A stretch of 64,000 nt of DNA from Seison nebaliae. Lineage: Eukaryota. Both the position numbers and the translations under genes were made by a program. Location of the stretch: the NCBI GenBank assembly GCA_023231475.1, contig JALJEE010000562.1, positions 1 through 64,000 on the forward strand, given 5' to 3'. Below are positions 12,538-25,297 of the stretch, piece by piece; positions within the stretch are counted from its first letter, which is position 1; the number at the start of each line of letters is the position of its first letter. The notes beneath the pieces were generated by a model, which was given only the letters and a program-made list of their open reading frames with translations, was not told the DNA's origin and did no database searches.

Positions 12538-13707
12538 TTTCATTTCCAGTTATTACAGAAGGATAAATAATAACACTTATAACATTCGAATACGAATTCA
12601 ATCGAAGTAATTAGTCATTTTTTTGGTTATTCCATTCATCTTCTTCTAATAAACATAAATAAAAAAAACTTTGAAATTTACAAATATTCTTTTCATCCTC
12701 GTCCTTTTTAAAATTTTTTATTGAATTTTAATGAAAACTGGATATGGCTAACAAAATAACAAATTTTTTTAGCGAAAAATAAATAAGGTGAAAAGTAATG
12801 AATTGAAGATAATTGGAAATGTTAAAGAAGAAATCAGTTATAATGTAGAATTCCATCGTCCTCCATCTTTAAATTTTCGTCCAATTTATGAGAGTTTTAA
12901 ACTTTCATCAAACATTCGAAAATCGTAATTCGAAAATATGAACAACATTGGTAGAGTTGGGAGGAATTTTAAGTGTTATTAGTGAATGTGGTTGAAGTGG
13001 AAAGAAAGAAAGCAGGAAAGAACAAATGTGTCCAGAAGAAAGTTAACGACACAATTGAAATAAGATCAAGAATAGAAAGAACGAGTAAATTTTGTTATCA
13101 ACACAATAAGAAAAGTTTAGAAATGTATAAGAATGTTTGGAGAATCATCCGCACATCCAATAGTTTGTCAAAGAATAATCATAGTGAAGAATTGTAAGAA
13201 AAGAAAAGAAGTTTTTTCATATTCGTAGCAAATTTTTTTTTCAATAATTTAGTAAAAGTAGAGTCGCCAGAAGTAGACTTTTTCCAGCATTTTTAAGGAA
13301 TATTAATTGTTATTAATAAATTAAATGAAGTTTAGAGAAATAGAAAGATTTAAATGAAAAGTAAATAAATAATATGATTGTAATAAGAATTAAACTCTTC
13401 CAAAAAGCTTCCAATCAGATGAAAAGGACTAAACTTTTATAGCAGTAAGGAATGTGTTTGGTGATAAATAATTTTCTAAGTATGAGCCTTTCCTTCTCGG
13501 CCTTGAGAAATTAGGTGTTGAGTAATGTTATCGTAATATAACATCGGGAAATATTAAATTGTATTCTTTCTTCATAGTCATTCATTATTCTGTCATTTCT
13601 TTATTAATTTAATATAAGAAAAGCAATACTCAAATTTCCTTATATTGCTAAATAAATAGAACACTATTCTACCATCGTTCTTTAAGAGACTTCATTAAAA
13701 TTTCAAT

Positions 13708-15065
13708 ATGGGTGATCGAACACACCTAACTCGTATGAGCACTATGGCTATGACTGCAAAGGTTTCCTTTTGAACTAGAACTCCTACTAAACTTTTCTCC
13801 ATCTGGAAAGGAAGGGCAAGGTTTCCTCCAGAAGGAATGGGGAAACCGAAAAACGAATATGGTCGGTAGGAATATCGAGGAACGATTGGATGACGTAGCA
13901 AGACAAGCCGAAGAGAAACGTCTATTAGCAGAGAAGAAAGTTTAAGATTTATAATCAAGCATTATCAATTTTAAACAAAAATTCATCATCATTTTGGTAT
14001 GTAAATTGTCAATAGAGAAAAGAGAAATCGAAAAGCGAAAAGAAATTGAAAGCGGTTTTACAACGCAAGAAAACCGAATTACAATTGATGAAAGTTTGTG
14101 TAAAAATTCTCTTTAATTAATTAAATTAAATTTATTAAATATTTCTTTAATTCTTATAATTATTTACAATGTTTTAATAATTCAATTTAAACAATGAATA
14201 AAAAAATAGGAAAAAAAACTGTCTGTTAGTGGAGTGAAATTATTAAAAAGGAAATTACTCCCGCAAACTTCAAGTGTTGGAAATATTGCGCTTAAACGAT
14301 TACAAAGTGCAAGAAAACTAGTGAAAGAAAAGTCAACAGTTAATCGACCCTCATCAAAAGGAAAAAAGAAGACGAAAGGAAAGAAGACAACTACTTTGAG
14401 AAGTAAACCTAAATTACCAAAACATAGCACGATGTTGGCTACAGCAGCAGTTAGTTGAATTAATGTGAATTTATTTCATTCAAAAAACACTTTAAGGAAG
14501 CACAATTGTTGATCAGTGAATTGGATAGTGATGCTAGGACCAGATCACAAGCACGAAAGATCGCCAATCTAAAGAAAATGGAAGAGAAGAAACAAAAGAG
14601 AAAAGCTCGACCGAAACGATTGCAGGAAAGTAAACGATTATCTAATCGTAAGAAATTTCCCGTACAAAGCAGTGATTATTCATCGGAAGAAGACGTTAAG
14701 CCGAAGAAGCGTGGAAGAAAGGCACAAAGACCATCCGAAACAGAAAGCTATGAGGAATCAAGCGAATCTCATTCAGATACGAAATATAAATCAACTAAAA
14801 CACGTCGATCATCGAAGAAGACGTCAAGTTCTCGCAAAGTTAAAATTACAAAATCGATGAACAAATTGAAGGATCGAAAATCGAAGTCGACTGGTAAAAA
14901 AATACGAGTTACTTCTTTTGTTTTCGATTGATCTTCTGAAGAATATTCATATTCTGTCCCCAATAGAATGTTTCGGAAGGGAAAGCTTTAGGAACGTCTC
15001 GATCTACTGGATCAGCTGGTCTCCGTCGATCAAAGCGAAGTGGACACAAATATTTTGGAGTATAA
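13708..15065 (+). CDS. Lys/Arg/Ser-rich basic protein, about 336 aa, 6 exons, no recognised domain
   Basis: Five phase-0 GTT..AG introns (13762-13810, 13940-14015, 14094-14209, 14450-14496, 14908-14966) join a stop-free frame from MGDRTHLTRM to GHKYFGV*. Confidence 0.75.
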
Positions 15066-15483
15066 AATAATATACGAACATTACAAACAAATATACGTTT
15101 AATAATAAATGCATAAACGTTTCATCATTCTCAAACTAGATAAGTAGAAGTCCCAAAATCTTTCTTTTCCGATTTCTACTGAATACTGCCACATTTTTCC
15201 TTTGAATGATCTTGCGGATTTTGGGATTAATTTCTTTTTGAAAACAACAAATTTTTCAAATCATCCTCTTCATTTTTTAATATCATGATGTACATGATCC
15301 AGTTTATTTTGTATTTACAGTTATCTGTCCTGATTTTGTAAGTGATTAGTGATGTTCCTTTCCAATATAAATAATAAATTTATTTTATTTGTGTTAATAA
15401 ATATTTTGTTTAATAAACTTTTTTATTGTTCATTAAATTATTTTTCTTTTTTTTTCTTATGTTGCTATGTATTCTTACGCTAA

Positions 15484-15497
15484 GTTGTCATGGTAAC
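15484..15497. promoter_or_regulatory. RFX X-box upstream of IQCG
   Basis: GTTGTCATGGTAAC, a close match to the GTTNCCATGGNAAC palindrome, about 100 bp upstream of a motile-cilium gene. Confidence 0.8.
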
Positions 15498-15594
15498 GTT
15501 GTTAAAGTTTGTCTACATCAGAAAGTAATAGAAGAATTATTGGAAATGGATAACTTTACAAAGGAATTGTAAAGAACAATTTTGTTGTTGTGGA

Positions 15595-16972
15595 ATGACA
15601 AGATTCTCATCGTCAATTTCGAATGCGTTCGTTTTTGGTGAAGCCATACAAAGACTCGATTTAATTGGCGACATCAATCGAATAGCTAATAATGAACAGA
15701 GAAATAATGATGTTCCATTTCTTCTTTCAATATTTTCTTCTTATCATTTTCCATTGAAAAGAAAATTATTGTAAATGATGTTAATCAATCCATATCGTTA
15801 AACGAAACAAGATTAGACGAGTTTGAACAAGAAACGACTCGTCGTTATAAGTCGAGTGGGAAAAGTAGGAAAACAGATAACAGCGGAAAAGATTTCACGC
15901 AATTAATTAATGAACTGAAGAAGAGCGCAACCGACGTGAGAAGATCATTATTTGAGAATCCAACAAATGATGGAAATTTCCAGAAGATTGATGATGAACG
16001 ATTAAAATTGATGGAAATGTTATTGGATACCATGAAGAACTTAATAGTTAAACAAAATATTGATAATCTCAAAGAGAAATTGGAAGAAAGTTCTCGAGAT
16101 AAACAAGAATATCTTGCAGCAATTGAACAGTTTTCATTTGAACATCTTTAATGGATATATTGATTGATATGTTTCAGATCAAAATCTCGAAAGACAACCA
16201 TATTAGAATTGACGAACGAAATAAATGAATGTCGATTATCGTTGGAACGAGAAATAGCTGAAAGGAATGATTTAATCGCTCATTTGAAGGACCAGGTACA
16301 AGTTGGTAGAATGAAATGAATATATTATTCATAATATTCATCCAAATTTTCCAGGAACTAAAATGTAAATCTGATATGGAATATAAATACGTGAAAAACA
16401 CTTGTGATAATTCCATCCAACAAACACAACGTCAATGTCAAATGAGTGAAAGACAATTGGAAACGGAAATTAGCGATCTGAAAGCTGATATCGAAAAAGA
16501 GGAGAAAGTTCATGTAGAAGTTAAAAGTTTCTTGGAAACTTTAGTTAGAAGAACAGGAGATGATGCCGAAAATTGGAATCGTCGTTACGACCAAGATATT
16601 TTAGACAAACAACAGGAGATTGATATGAGGAAAACAATAAGGGCAAAAAATTTGGAGGATTATCGACAAATGAAAGATAAAGTTTAAGATAATTTTATTT
16701 GGAATATTCTCCAACTTTTCCCATACGACAGTTCGGAGAATGTACAACAGTAGTAGACAAATATAGGAGTGAGAAAGATAAGGAAAGACGTCAAAGAGAA
16801 GAAGAGGAACAACGTCTTCATGCTGCAATTAAAGTTCGTTTCCGATTTATATTTTATTATTATTTGTTTAAAGTTACAATCATGGTGGCGAGGTATGATG
16901 GTGCGCTGTGCTTTGGGTGCATTTAGTAAGAAGAAAAAGAAAAAGAAAGGAAAGAAAAGCAAAAAGAAATAA
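15595..16972 (+). CDS. IQCG: IQ motif-containing G / dynein regulatory complex subunit 9, 6 exons
   Basis: Coiled-coil with HLKDQVQELK, EEKVHVEVKSFL and WNRRYDQD, IQ motif AAIK|LQSWWRGMMVR, Lys-rich tail. Introns 15712-15761, 16130-16177, 16302-16354, 16682-16731 and 16834-16873. Start uncertain. Confidence 0.82.
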
Positions 16973-17168
16973 TTCACTAACATTTTTAAACATTTAATAA
17001 ATAATGAAATAAGATTTCTTTACTACAATTTTGTTGTAATGATAGTTTTCCTAGTAGTTTTCGATTTGGTTCTGTTCCCGACTTCTGCCTTGATCTTTAA
17101 TTTAACTATGTCCATCAAGGGTCGCGGAGCAGTATTCGCCCTGTGTTTTGATTTACTCTGCTATTTGT

Positions 17169-17386
17169 TTTCGGAGAGGAATTAACTCAAAATTTCGGGG
17201 AGGAATTCACCCTGACTCTTCGATTTTAGAGAGGAATTCACTCTCAAAATAGTGATAAATCAATTTCGGAGAAGAGTTCACCTTTTAGATCGATATCGGA
17301 GAGAAATTCACCCACTTTCTTAGATTTCGGAGAGGAATTCACCCTAAAATAAAATATTAACTTCATTTCGGAGATTGAATCACTCT
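17169..17386. repeat. Array of seven 20-bp motifs (TTTCGGAGAGGAATTCACCC) with a higher-order period of about 101 bp
   Basis: Copies start at 17169, 17193, 17224, 17264, 17294, 17325 and 17366. Confidence 0.85.
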
Positions 17387-17449
17387 AAAATCAAAATTTT
17401 TAAGAGAATAGAGTTAAGGAAAGACATTATAAGAAGAAAAATTTATTAT

Positions 17450-19050
17450 TTAACAAATGAAAAAACAACTGAACAAAGAAAATAATGCTATATACAAAAT
17501 GATATCTTACAAATCAAAGTTGATAATTGAATATATTTTATAAAAGAATTCTTCTAAATATTGTGAATGTGAAAATTTTTTACTGCATTGATAATCTTTT
17601 CTTCTTTTTCAATTTCTACTTTTCTTGTTCATCTGTGAATAATTTGTATTGCACACAAAACATTTGTGCAGGTAATTTTCGAATGCTTTTCGAGTTGGAT
17701 TCTTATGTGGCATTAGGTATTTTAAATCATTATTTTTACCTTCTAAGAGATTGTTGGTTCGTGGGACAGTCTTGTTTCTTGGATATAATATTCTTCGAAA
17801 TATTCAAATATTAATTCTAAATTACAAGGACAATCTATGTATAATTTTCGAAAGACGGAATCAATTTGACTTACAAGAGAAGTATCTGATAGGCAGGAAA
17901 CCAAATTGAAAATTAAAAAAACCAAGATACATTAAAAATAATACTAATCATTTTTATTTTTTGCCAAACAGTTCAATTAGTTTCTATAATGGTGGAAAAC
18001 TCATAAATTACGAACCAATGGAATAATGGTGATATATACGATTTTTGTATATAAAACTAATTCAAAACTTATACAGAAATCACATATGCCATCATAAACC
18101 GATTGATTTGTAATACTATAATAATAATTGAACTATTTGGCAAAAAAGAAAAATGCTATCCACAATGAAGCTGCTGATATGTCAAAACCGCTGATACTTT
18201 CCTTGCTAGAGGAATGAATGATAAATATTGAAGTTCCTTCAAGAAAATACGTTGGTCATTTGTTATGTGTATTGACAATTCTTCAATTTTCCTTCGCAAA
18301 CTTTGCGTGAAGTGAAAATAGCAAACGTGGATTGCTCCGGGGTTGCATGATGTTGCTCCGGGACTCGTCCATCAATAGCCAAGATCATATATTAAAGTTG
18401 AAATAAACGTCCATGGAATAATTTGATATTGACGCATTCCTCTGGAAAAAAATGAACTTATTACTTATTTGTTCTTTCTTGATCCACAAAATTATATGAT
18501 TCATCAATATTACGCTATATTTTTCCGAATGGTCGCATCCTGAAACATTAGAGCTCCACTGACATCCATTCCGTTCCATTCGTAAAATGCAATCAGAGGA
18601 AATGTTCGAGATTTTCCACATAAAATATTTTTATTTTGTACAGTACAAAAGAATCATCTTCCAATTCATATGCTCTCCGATGCATTTATTGACAAAACTT
18701 AATCTCCCTATTGTACAGATACTTCATGAAGTTTTTTTATCTCTGTATTTCATCATATTAATTTTAATGTATAAAACATGGGTAGAATATATCCAGTATC
18801 TAACTAGTATCAACTGAATTTAAAAAAATTTAACATGAGAAATTATAATTATGGGAAATTTTCCAAATTTAATTTGCCCTTTTTCTTTAAAAGTGAAGAT
18901 ATTGTATTTAAGCGGCTTTGTCCTAATTTTTAAGGTCGGTCATTTACGTAATTTTCTTTTATAAACAACATCGGAATGATGTTTTAGATTTAACTGAACC
19001 TCATATGTTAAATATTTTTAATAAAAAAAGAAAATTTTAAAAAATATGCC
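17450..19050 (-). mobile_element. Possible decayed DNA transposon (Mutator-like) body next to the motif array
   Basis: Broken minus-strand frames include YFLEGTS (DGTF-like) and AFFFLPNS. It lies beside a subterminal-type repeat array. No intact ORF, and the similarity is weak and by eye only. Confidence 0.25.
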
Positions 19051-19739
19051 AAAATACAATCGAATTTTTATCCAAAATTGGGTATAATCGAAAGATATTG
19101 TATATTATAATTTATAAATATAGAGATAATGTGAGAATCAGTTCATATTTTGTCGAGAGTACAAGTAGTTCGAGGTGAAAGTAAAATCATTTAAAATAAT
19201 TGTTCAATTAACCACGAAACAATGAAGTACTTCTCTAAAACTTTTGATATCTTCTTCATGGAAATGAATCGTTCATGACAAATTCCTTAAAAATTGTTTC
19301 GTCTGAAAGCAGTTCTAACTTATAAATAAATCACCGGATCATTGTAGGAGTATATTGAATAATAGGTTTTTTCTTACAGATTTCGAACCACATTCAAAAG
19401 AAATAGTAAGTCCTTTTGTCAGAAAGTAATACCGTGCTATTTCATGTAAATCTTTCTGCTATACTTTCTTCACAACAAAGACAATATGTCCTTATTCTAA
19501 AATAGAGACATTCTGTAAAATAATTTTAATGAACAACTTCAAAGACTTCATTTGGGAAGCAACTAATTGATAAGTAATTTGTATTTCTTCATAAATTAAT
19601 TTGATAATTTGGAAGAAAATCGAAATTTTACTAACAAGGAAGGTAAGGAAGTTTTAAGATCCGTAACCTAACATAAGAAAATGAGAGAATGATAGAAGAA
19701 GCGAATAGTAATTCTGATGTGTATAACACTGGCTTAATT

Positions 19740-20330
19740 CAATTTGTACGTATGCTACAGCGAACAAAGAGCAATCGAATTCGAATTAGTAGATAATATA
19801 GAAACAAGTTTCTTCATCAAAAAACCATTGGATAATGTTTATTTCCAATTGGTTTGCATAGAAGGTTGCATAGATAGATTTTCATTACATAGAAATGAGA
19901 GTATTTCAACTAAATGTTTGCGAATTGGAAAGTTGATTAAATAAACTTTTATTTTATTAATTTGACACAACCTTTCCGATACTTAAAGTTGTGTTTTCTT
20001 GCCCTCTATCCTAGATCCACTTCTAGTGGAGAATCGAATACTTTTACATTAACTTTTATTCTCTTATCTCTCATATATTTATTGAATTAAGTAATTAGTC
20101 GTTAAAGAATTATGTAACTTTTGCATTTATATCTACAACTGATTCGGTCGATCCATTTTACTCATGAGCAGTTTCTTTACTTTAATTTTCGCGAAATTCG
20201 ATGTGGAATGAGTAGAATGTCGTTAATTATTCAATTTTACGCATCTGATGGCGTCTGTGGAGTTGTGCTCAGATGAATATTGTTCGGGAAGAAATTGAGG
20301 AGAGATCTGTTTGAGATAATAATTAGAATA
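19740..20330 (-). mobile_element. Possible decayed non-LTR reverse transcriptase fragment
   Basis: FLPEQYSSEHNSTDAI resembles the QxGFRxxxSTxDAI block, followed by FSTRSGSRIEG (GVRQG-like). Many stops. Confidence 0.25.
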
Positions 20331-23300
20331 ATAGAATAGTATATCTAATAATTTGAAAAGGAAATTTTTTGAATTGAAAAAACATAAATAAAAGAAAAGT
20401 AATTTGAAAAATGATAAGACTGTCGAATGTACATTCTCTTTTGTATAATCCTGGTGCATCATATCGATTATTGTTAGTAGATATAAATCGATCCTCTAAC
20501 TGATAAGGAAAGCCGAGACGAGAAGAAAAAGAGAAGAGAGACGAATCGGTTCATATCACTTCATATTAGTTTGATGCAGATGACTATAACTCTCATAATA
20601 TTCATGCACTCAATTCACTCTAAATAGTAGATTCCTATCGATATATCTCTTATTTGCATATGAGTCACATATTCCTAGTTCTACAACATTCTCCCCTTCC
20701 CATAATAAAGAATATTATCTTCCTTTTCCTTTTTGGGCAATTCGTTATCCAACTTCCCACAACATTACCAGACCGATTTACTCCTCTTACTGTCTCTTCC
20801 TATTCGTCTTTTACGAACTATTTTCATTCTACCCATCGTATTCTAATTCATTTATTTCTCATCTATCATTACTGCGTCATATTAAAATTGAAGAGTTCAT
20901 TAAGAATTCAAATTTTACCTGAACATATTCGAAATTATTCTTCCTGTTTTATTCCATTTTATAATTCATATTGAAATTTTCTTTTTGAAACTATTTTTGA
21001 GATTGTTACAAATTCAGTTGCACATCATAAGACATCATTCGTCTTATCAAGAGAAGGGAATTATTACAGAAAAAATTAGAAGAAAATAGAAATATATTCG
21101 TTAGAGAAAAAAAGAAGACAATACAATAATAATAATAATTATGAAAAATAAATAATAATTTTTTTTGAAATCGATAACTTATGTTCGTTTACATGTACTT
21201 CTTTTTTAATAGGAAGTTATTGCGAATGATTTAATTTTGTCTTCTTTGATTGTCGAGAACATATAGGTATCCATACCCATATGTCCATACCAAACCGAAA
21301 GGTCTTTTATTACAACCATGAAAAAAATAAAATTTCTTTTCGCCTGAAATTGTGTTAGTTGACATTTCCCATTTTCATCTGAACGACCATTCGCTTATTC
21401 AATACGAAATTACATTTCAATCGTTATTACTCGCTTTCTGACGAAATTCATGATGATAATGTTCGTTGGGAGTGGTGAGTAATACCATATCAACTTAACT
21501 ACAAAATTTTTTCGAAATAATACCTTAACATTTGCGTATATATAATTTTTCACTTTTAAAAAGGCAATTTTGGTATTGGAAATATTAGTGGAATTTACGA
21601 AGTGAATATACATTCGATTTTAATGTCGACGAATTCTAGTAATAAATGCAGTCATAAAATTTTAATTGAATTCTCTAATAAAGTGTTGAGCATGTAATTA
21701 AAATGATTTCCGTATAATTACTTTTTTATAAATAAGACTACATCTCTGATGACGAATCTCCTTTAATTTCATACTTTTCGAGATGTTGTTTGAAGAGTTC
21801 AAAAAATTTTGTTTTCCAATCAATTGAATTGACATGAAATTTTTTATAGAATAAATTTCATTAGATTATGATGAAATTTCGTTTGCCATGAAATGTTTAA
21901 AGTCGAGAACAAACGATAATTTAAATCGTATAATTCATGTAATTCAATTCGATAAGAGTAATGAATAATTTTCCGTACATTCCCTAATATGATATTAATG
22001 AATTGGTTATGTCGATAAACATTCAATGTTTAGAGAATTTATTAGAAAAACGAAAATTTATTCAATTAGAAAATAATTAAAATTTGAATTGTAAAGGAAG
22101 TATATTTTGATTTGCTTTTTGTGAATTATGCTCCTAACACATCTGTCCATTCACTTTTTCTTATTCAAACGTTGTAAGTTATTTATCTTGCATACAAGTA
22201 AACAAAACATCATATTATTCTTTCGTATAAGCATTGAGCTTTGATTTAATCAATGAATGGGCACAAAATTCAGGTATTACTTGTCATTCTGTCATGTTAA
22301 CTTTCTATTTTCATTCATTAAAGTTTATGAAAGATTTGTTAAAGATATTTCTTTGCTCAAAACTATGTTATTCATGTTTAATGGTTATTGATTGTATTGA
22401 TGGAATCGTTCATAGTTTCCTCTAAATTCAGATGCACTGCAGACAACAATTTGGGATCTATACGATTGTCGACTCGACCAATTCGTTTAGTATGTTTCCT
22501 TAACTGCTCTTCCAAATTCTTAGTCGTCATTTTTATATATTTCGAACATTTCCTTAATGCAATACTCGTAGCATACGTAACAATTGAAAAATATTCATTT
22601 TTCCTTAAGATGTTTTTAATTGATTAAATGCATTTTTTGGCGGAAAATTATATTTAATCGGCTGTCAGTAAATTCGATAGTTTTTAGTCTAATAAATGTT
22701 TAAGAAGAAAACACCCTTTTACTTACCAATTCTCTTCTACGATTAGGACCAATTTTCTTTTTGAGAATAATTTGCCTACGGTTTACCCGTCACTAGAATA
22801 ATTAACCATTGGCAGAAGAATAGGATCACATTCCAACTTTTCAATTAACTTAGTAAATGATTATATGAAGAAACATTAAATATTCATTCTAATAACGAGA
22901 TAAATTGAGAAGAAAATTTAAATATTTTCCAATTCTTTCTTCCCAACTAAACCACTTTTTTCCAATCTGTTATTTTACGACAGAACTGGTACTTAATACC
23001 ACCCTATCCTCAATCATTAAAAATAATGTTCTTCTTCTCATAATTGTTGGGATAACATGTTAAAATCATGATAACTATTGGTATATATCAGAATGTTATT
23101 AATGTTCCAAACTCTTATTATTATAAACGTAGGGTGATTAAATATTGTGCACGTCATCCTACTATTCTGATAAGACTGCCAGATATATCCATTTACTATT
23201 ACTTTTATTTAAAAATATGTCTTTTCGTCTCTAATCTGAAGTGAATGAATAAAAGACATAAATCGATCCATCGATCGATGAATGGACGAGGAATGAATCA

Positions 23301-24691
23301 GGATATGTTGTGCATTTTCCCATCTGACTATATTCCAAGAAATAAAGAACACGTTTTCCAGGGATTTTTTTCTCGATAATTTCCACAACCGATGAGATCG
23401 TAACATGCTGCGCAGAATAATCTATACTCAAACCGATCTCCAGTTACCTTTAAGGAAAAAGTGAATAATTGAAAACAATTAATTGTTCTATATCGATTCA
23501 AACCGTTAGGTATAACAAATGGAAATTTAAATGTTCATAATCGTGTTATGGAACATTTGATTGATGTATTTCAGAAATAATTTTTTTAGCGAACCTAAAT
23601 TTTTTTTCAGTTCATATCATTTATGTTGGTAAATAATTTCCATATCATGTCTCGTAAGAAATTATTAGTTGACGGTTATTTGGTAATTTGACCCGTGTTC
23701 GATATTAGGTAAGTGATAAGTTATGTCCTGATTGGATTTTTTGAGTTTAGAATCCGCATAATATTTTAATTTTTTTAAATTTGTTTTATCGTTCTTAATC
23801 AGCTTAATCGTCCTCTTTGAATTGTTTAAAGTATTTTTTAACTCCTAAACTTTACTTAAATTTTAAATTAAATTGTTCTCTGATATTGTACAATTTATAA
23901 GTCGTTCTTGAAATCATTCTAGTATAGTTGTGCTCGGAAAAAATTTCATTGAAATTTATTTCAAATATTATTGTTTAGTTAAATGTGTAATTTCGGCGGA
24001 ATTGAATATTTCGGACGAGTGAACTGTTTTCCGAAATGTGAATGAACTCTTTTCCAGAAAGGAGAATTATTTGAGTAATTTTAACTCCAATCAAATAGAC
24101 AGAATAACACATACACAAATAACAGAATGATCTGTCGATGTTGAGCAGTAATCTATTAGACAAAAAGTCGATCATATATTGTGCTTTTTAGAGAAAATGT
24201 AATTCTACATGAATCAAGTCCTCTCAAGAAAAAGAATAAGGAAGGAGAACATATGCTTTAGTCAGTTAATTGAATTATTATATTCTCATCTTATCAACTG
24301 ATGAATTGTATTTCATGTACATCATTCCAAAGTTTCGGTGTTGCTGATTCTTTGGCTGTTCAAATGGCTTGTAAGAACAGTAAGAGACTGATCATGGTGA
24401 TGATCGATAATAAATTTCTTGTTGAGTAATCGATGACATAAAGATTGGTGAACAGAATGATATTGATGATAATTGACGGATGATAATGTAGTTGAACTTT
24501 TCTCAGGACGAATACAATTAATTTCATCCTATTTCTTCTCCATCAATAAACAACGTGGAATTATAATTATTTAATAAATTAATGTACATATGTACAATAA
24601 TGGCATATAAATGAGAAGAACAAACGACATATGTGCGCATATGATCGAGTTATGTATTTATCTATTACCATTCTTTTCTTTCGTACTTTTC

Positions 24692-25297
24692 TTTAAATGG
24701 AGAACGGTCATTTCTCTCTAAAGTCATTTCTCATCTTCCACATTTCACATAAAGAGATTTCTCACACGCTATTTTCTCTTCAAGACAGTTTTAACGAAAT
24801 TATTTATAAAACAGTCTCATTTTCAATAATAAATTTTCTGAATAAATTAGGTATATTATATTAGTTCAATAAGTAAAAAAGGACTATAGAAATACGTATA
24901 GTAAAGACTTTTCTTTCCGATTGTTTAAAACTTGTTCAATTTATTTAATTATTTTTTTATTAAGAGATTAAATCCCCACGGGACAAATTGTATAAGAAAA
25001 ATGATAACTCTTTCGCAGAGTTATTGATAATATATCTTCTTTTATTGTTCGATATAAAAAAGTATTTCCGATAAATTAACTTAAGAATTTTATTTTGTGG
25101 ATTGTTATGAATAGAATAAATGAAAATTTCGTTTAAGAAATGTTAGTTTTATTTCAAAAAGTGACGTTTTTGTATAATGAGAGCTACAAAAGCGATGAGA
25201 AATGTCTTGGAAAAGAAATAGGGCGTGAGAAACATCGTTATCGAAAATGTTTTGTGTGAGAAATGATTTCAGAGAGAAATGACCGTTTCTCTTTAAA
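24692..25297. mobile_element. About 600-bp element with roughly 100-bp imperfect inverted arms (MITE/foldback-like)
   Basis: 24692-24790 (TTTAAA..ACGGTCATTTCTCTCTAAAGTCATTTCTCA...TTTCTCACACGCTATTT..CAAGACA) is mirrored by the reverse complement of about 25199-25297. AT-rich non-coding interior. Confidence 0.65.

Noticed and set aside
17169..17386. CRISPR-like repeat-spacer appearance
   Set aside because: Eukaryotic context, degenerate repeats, spacers only 4-21 nt and themselves periodic, and no cas genes.
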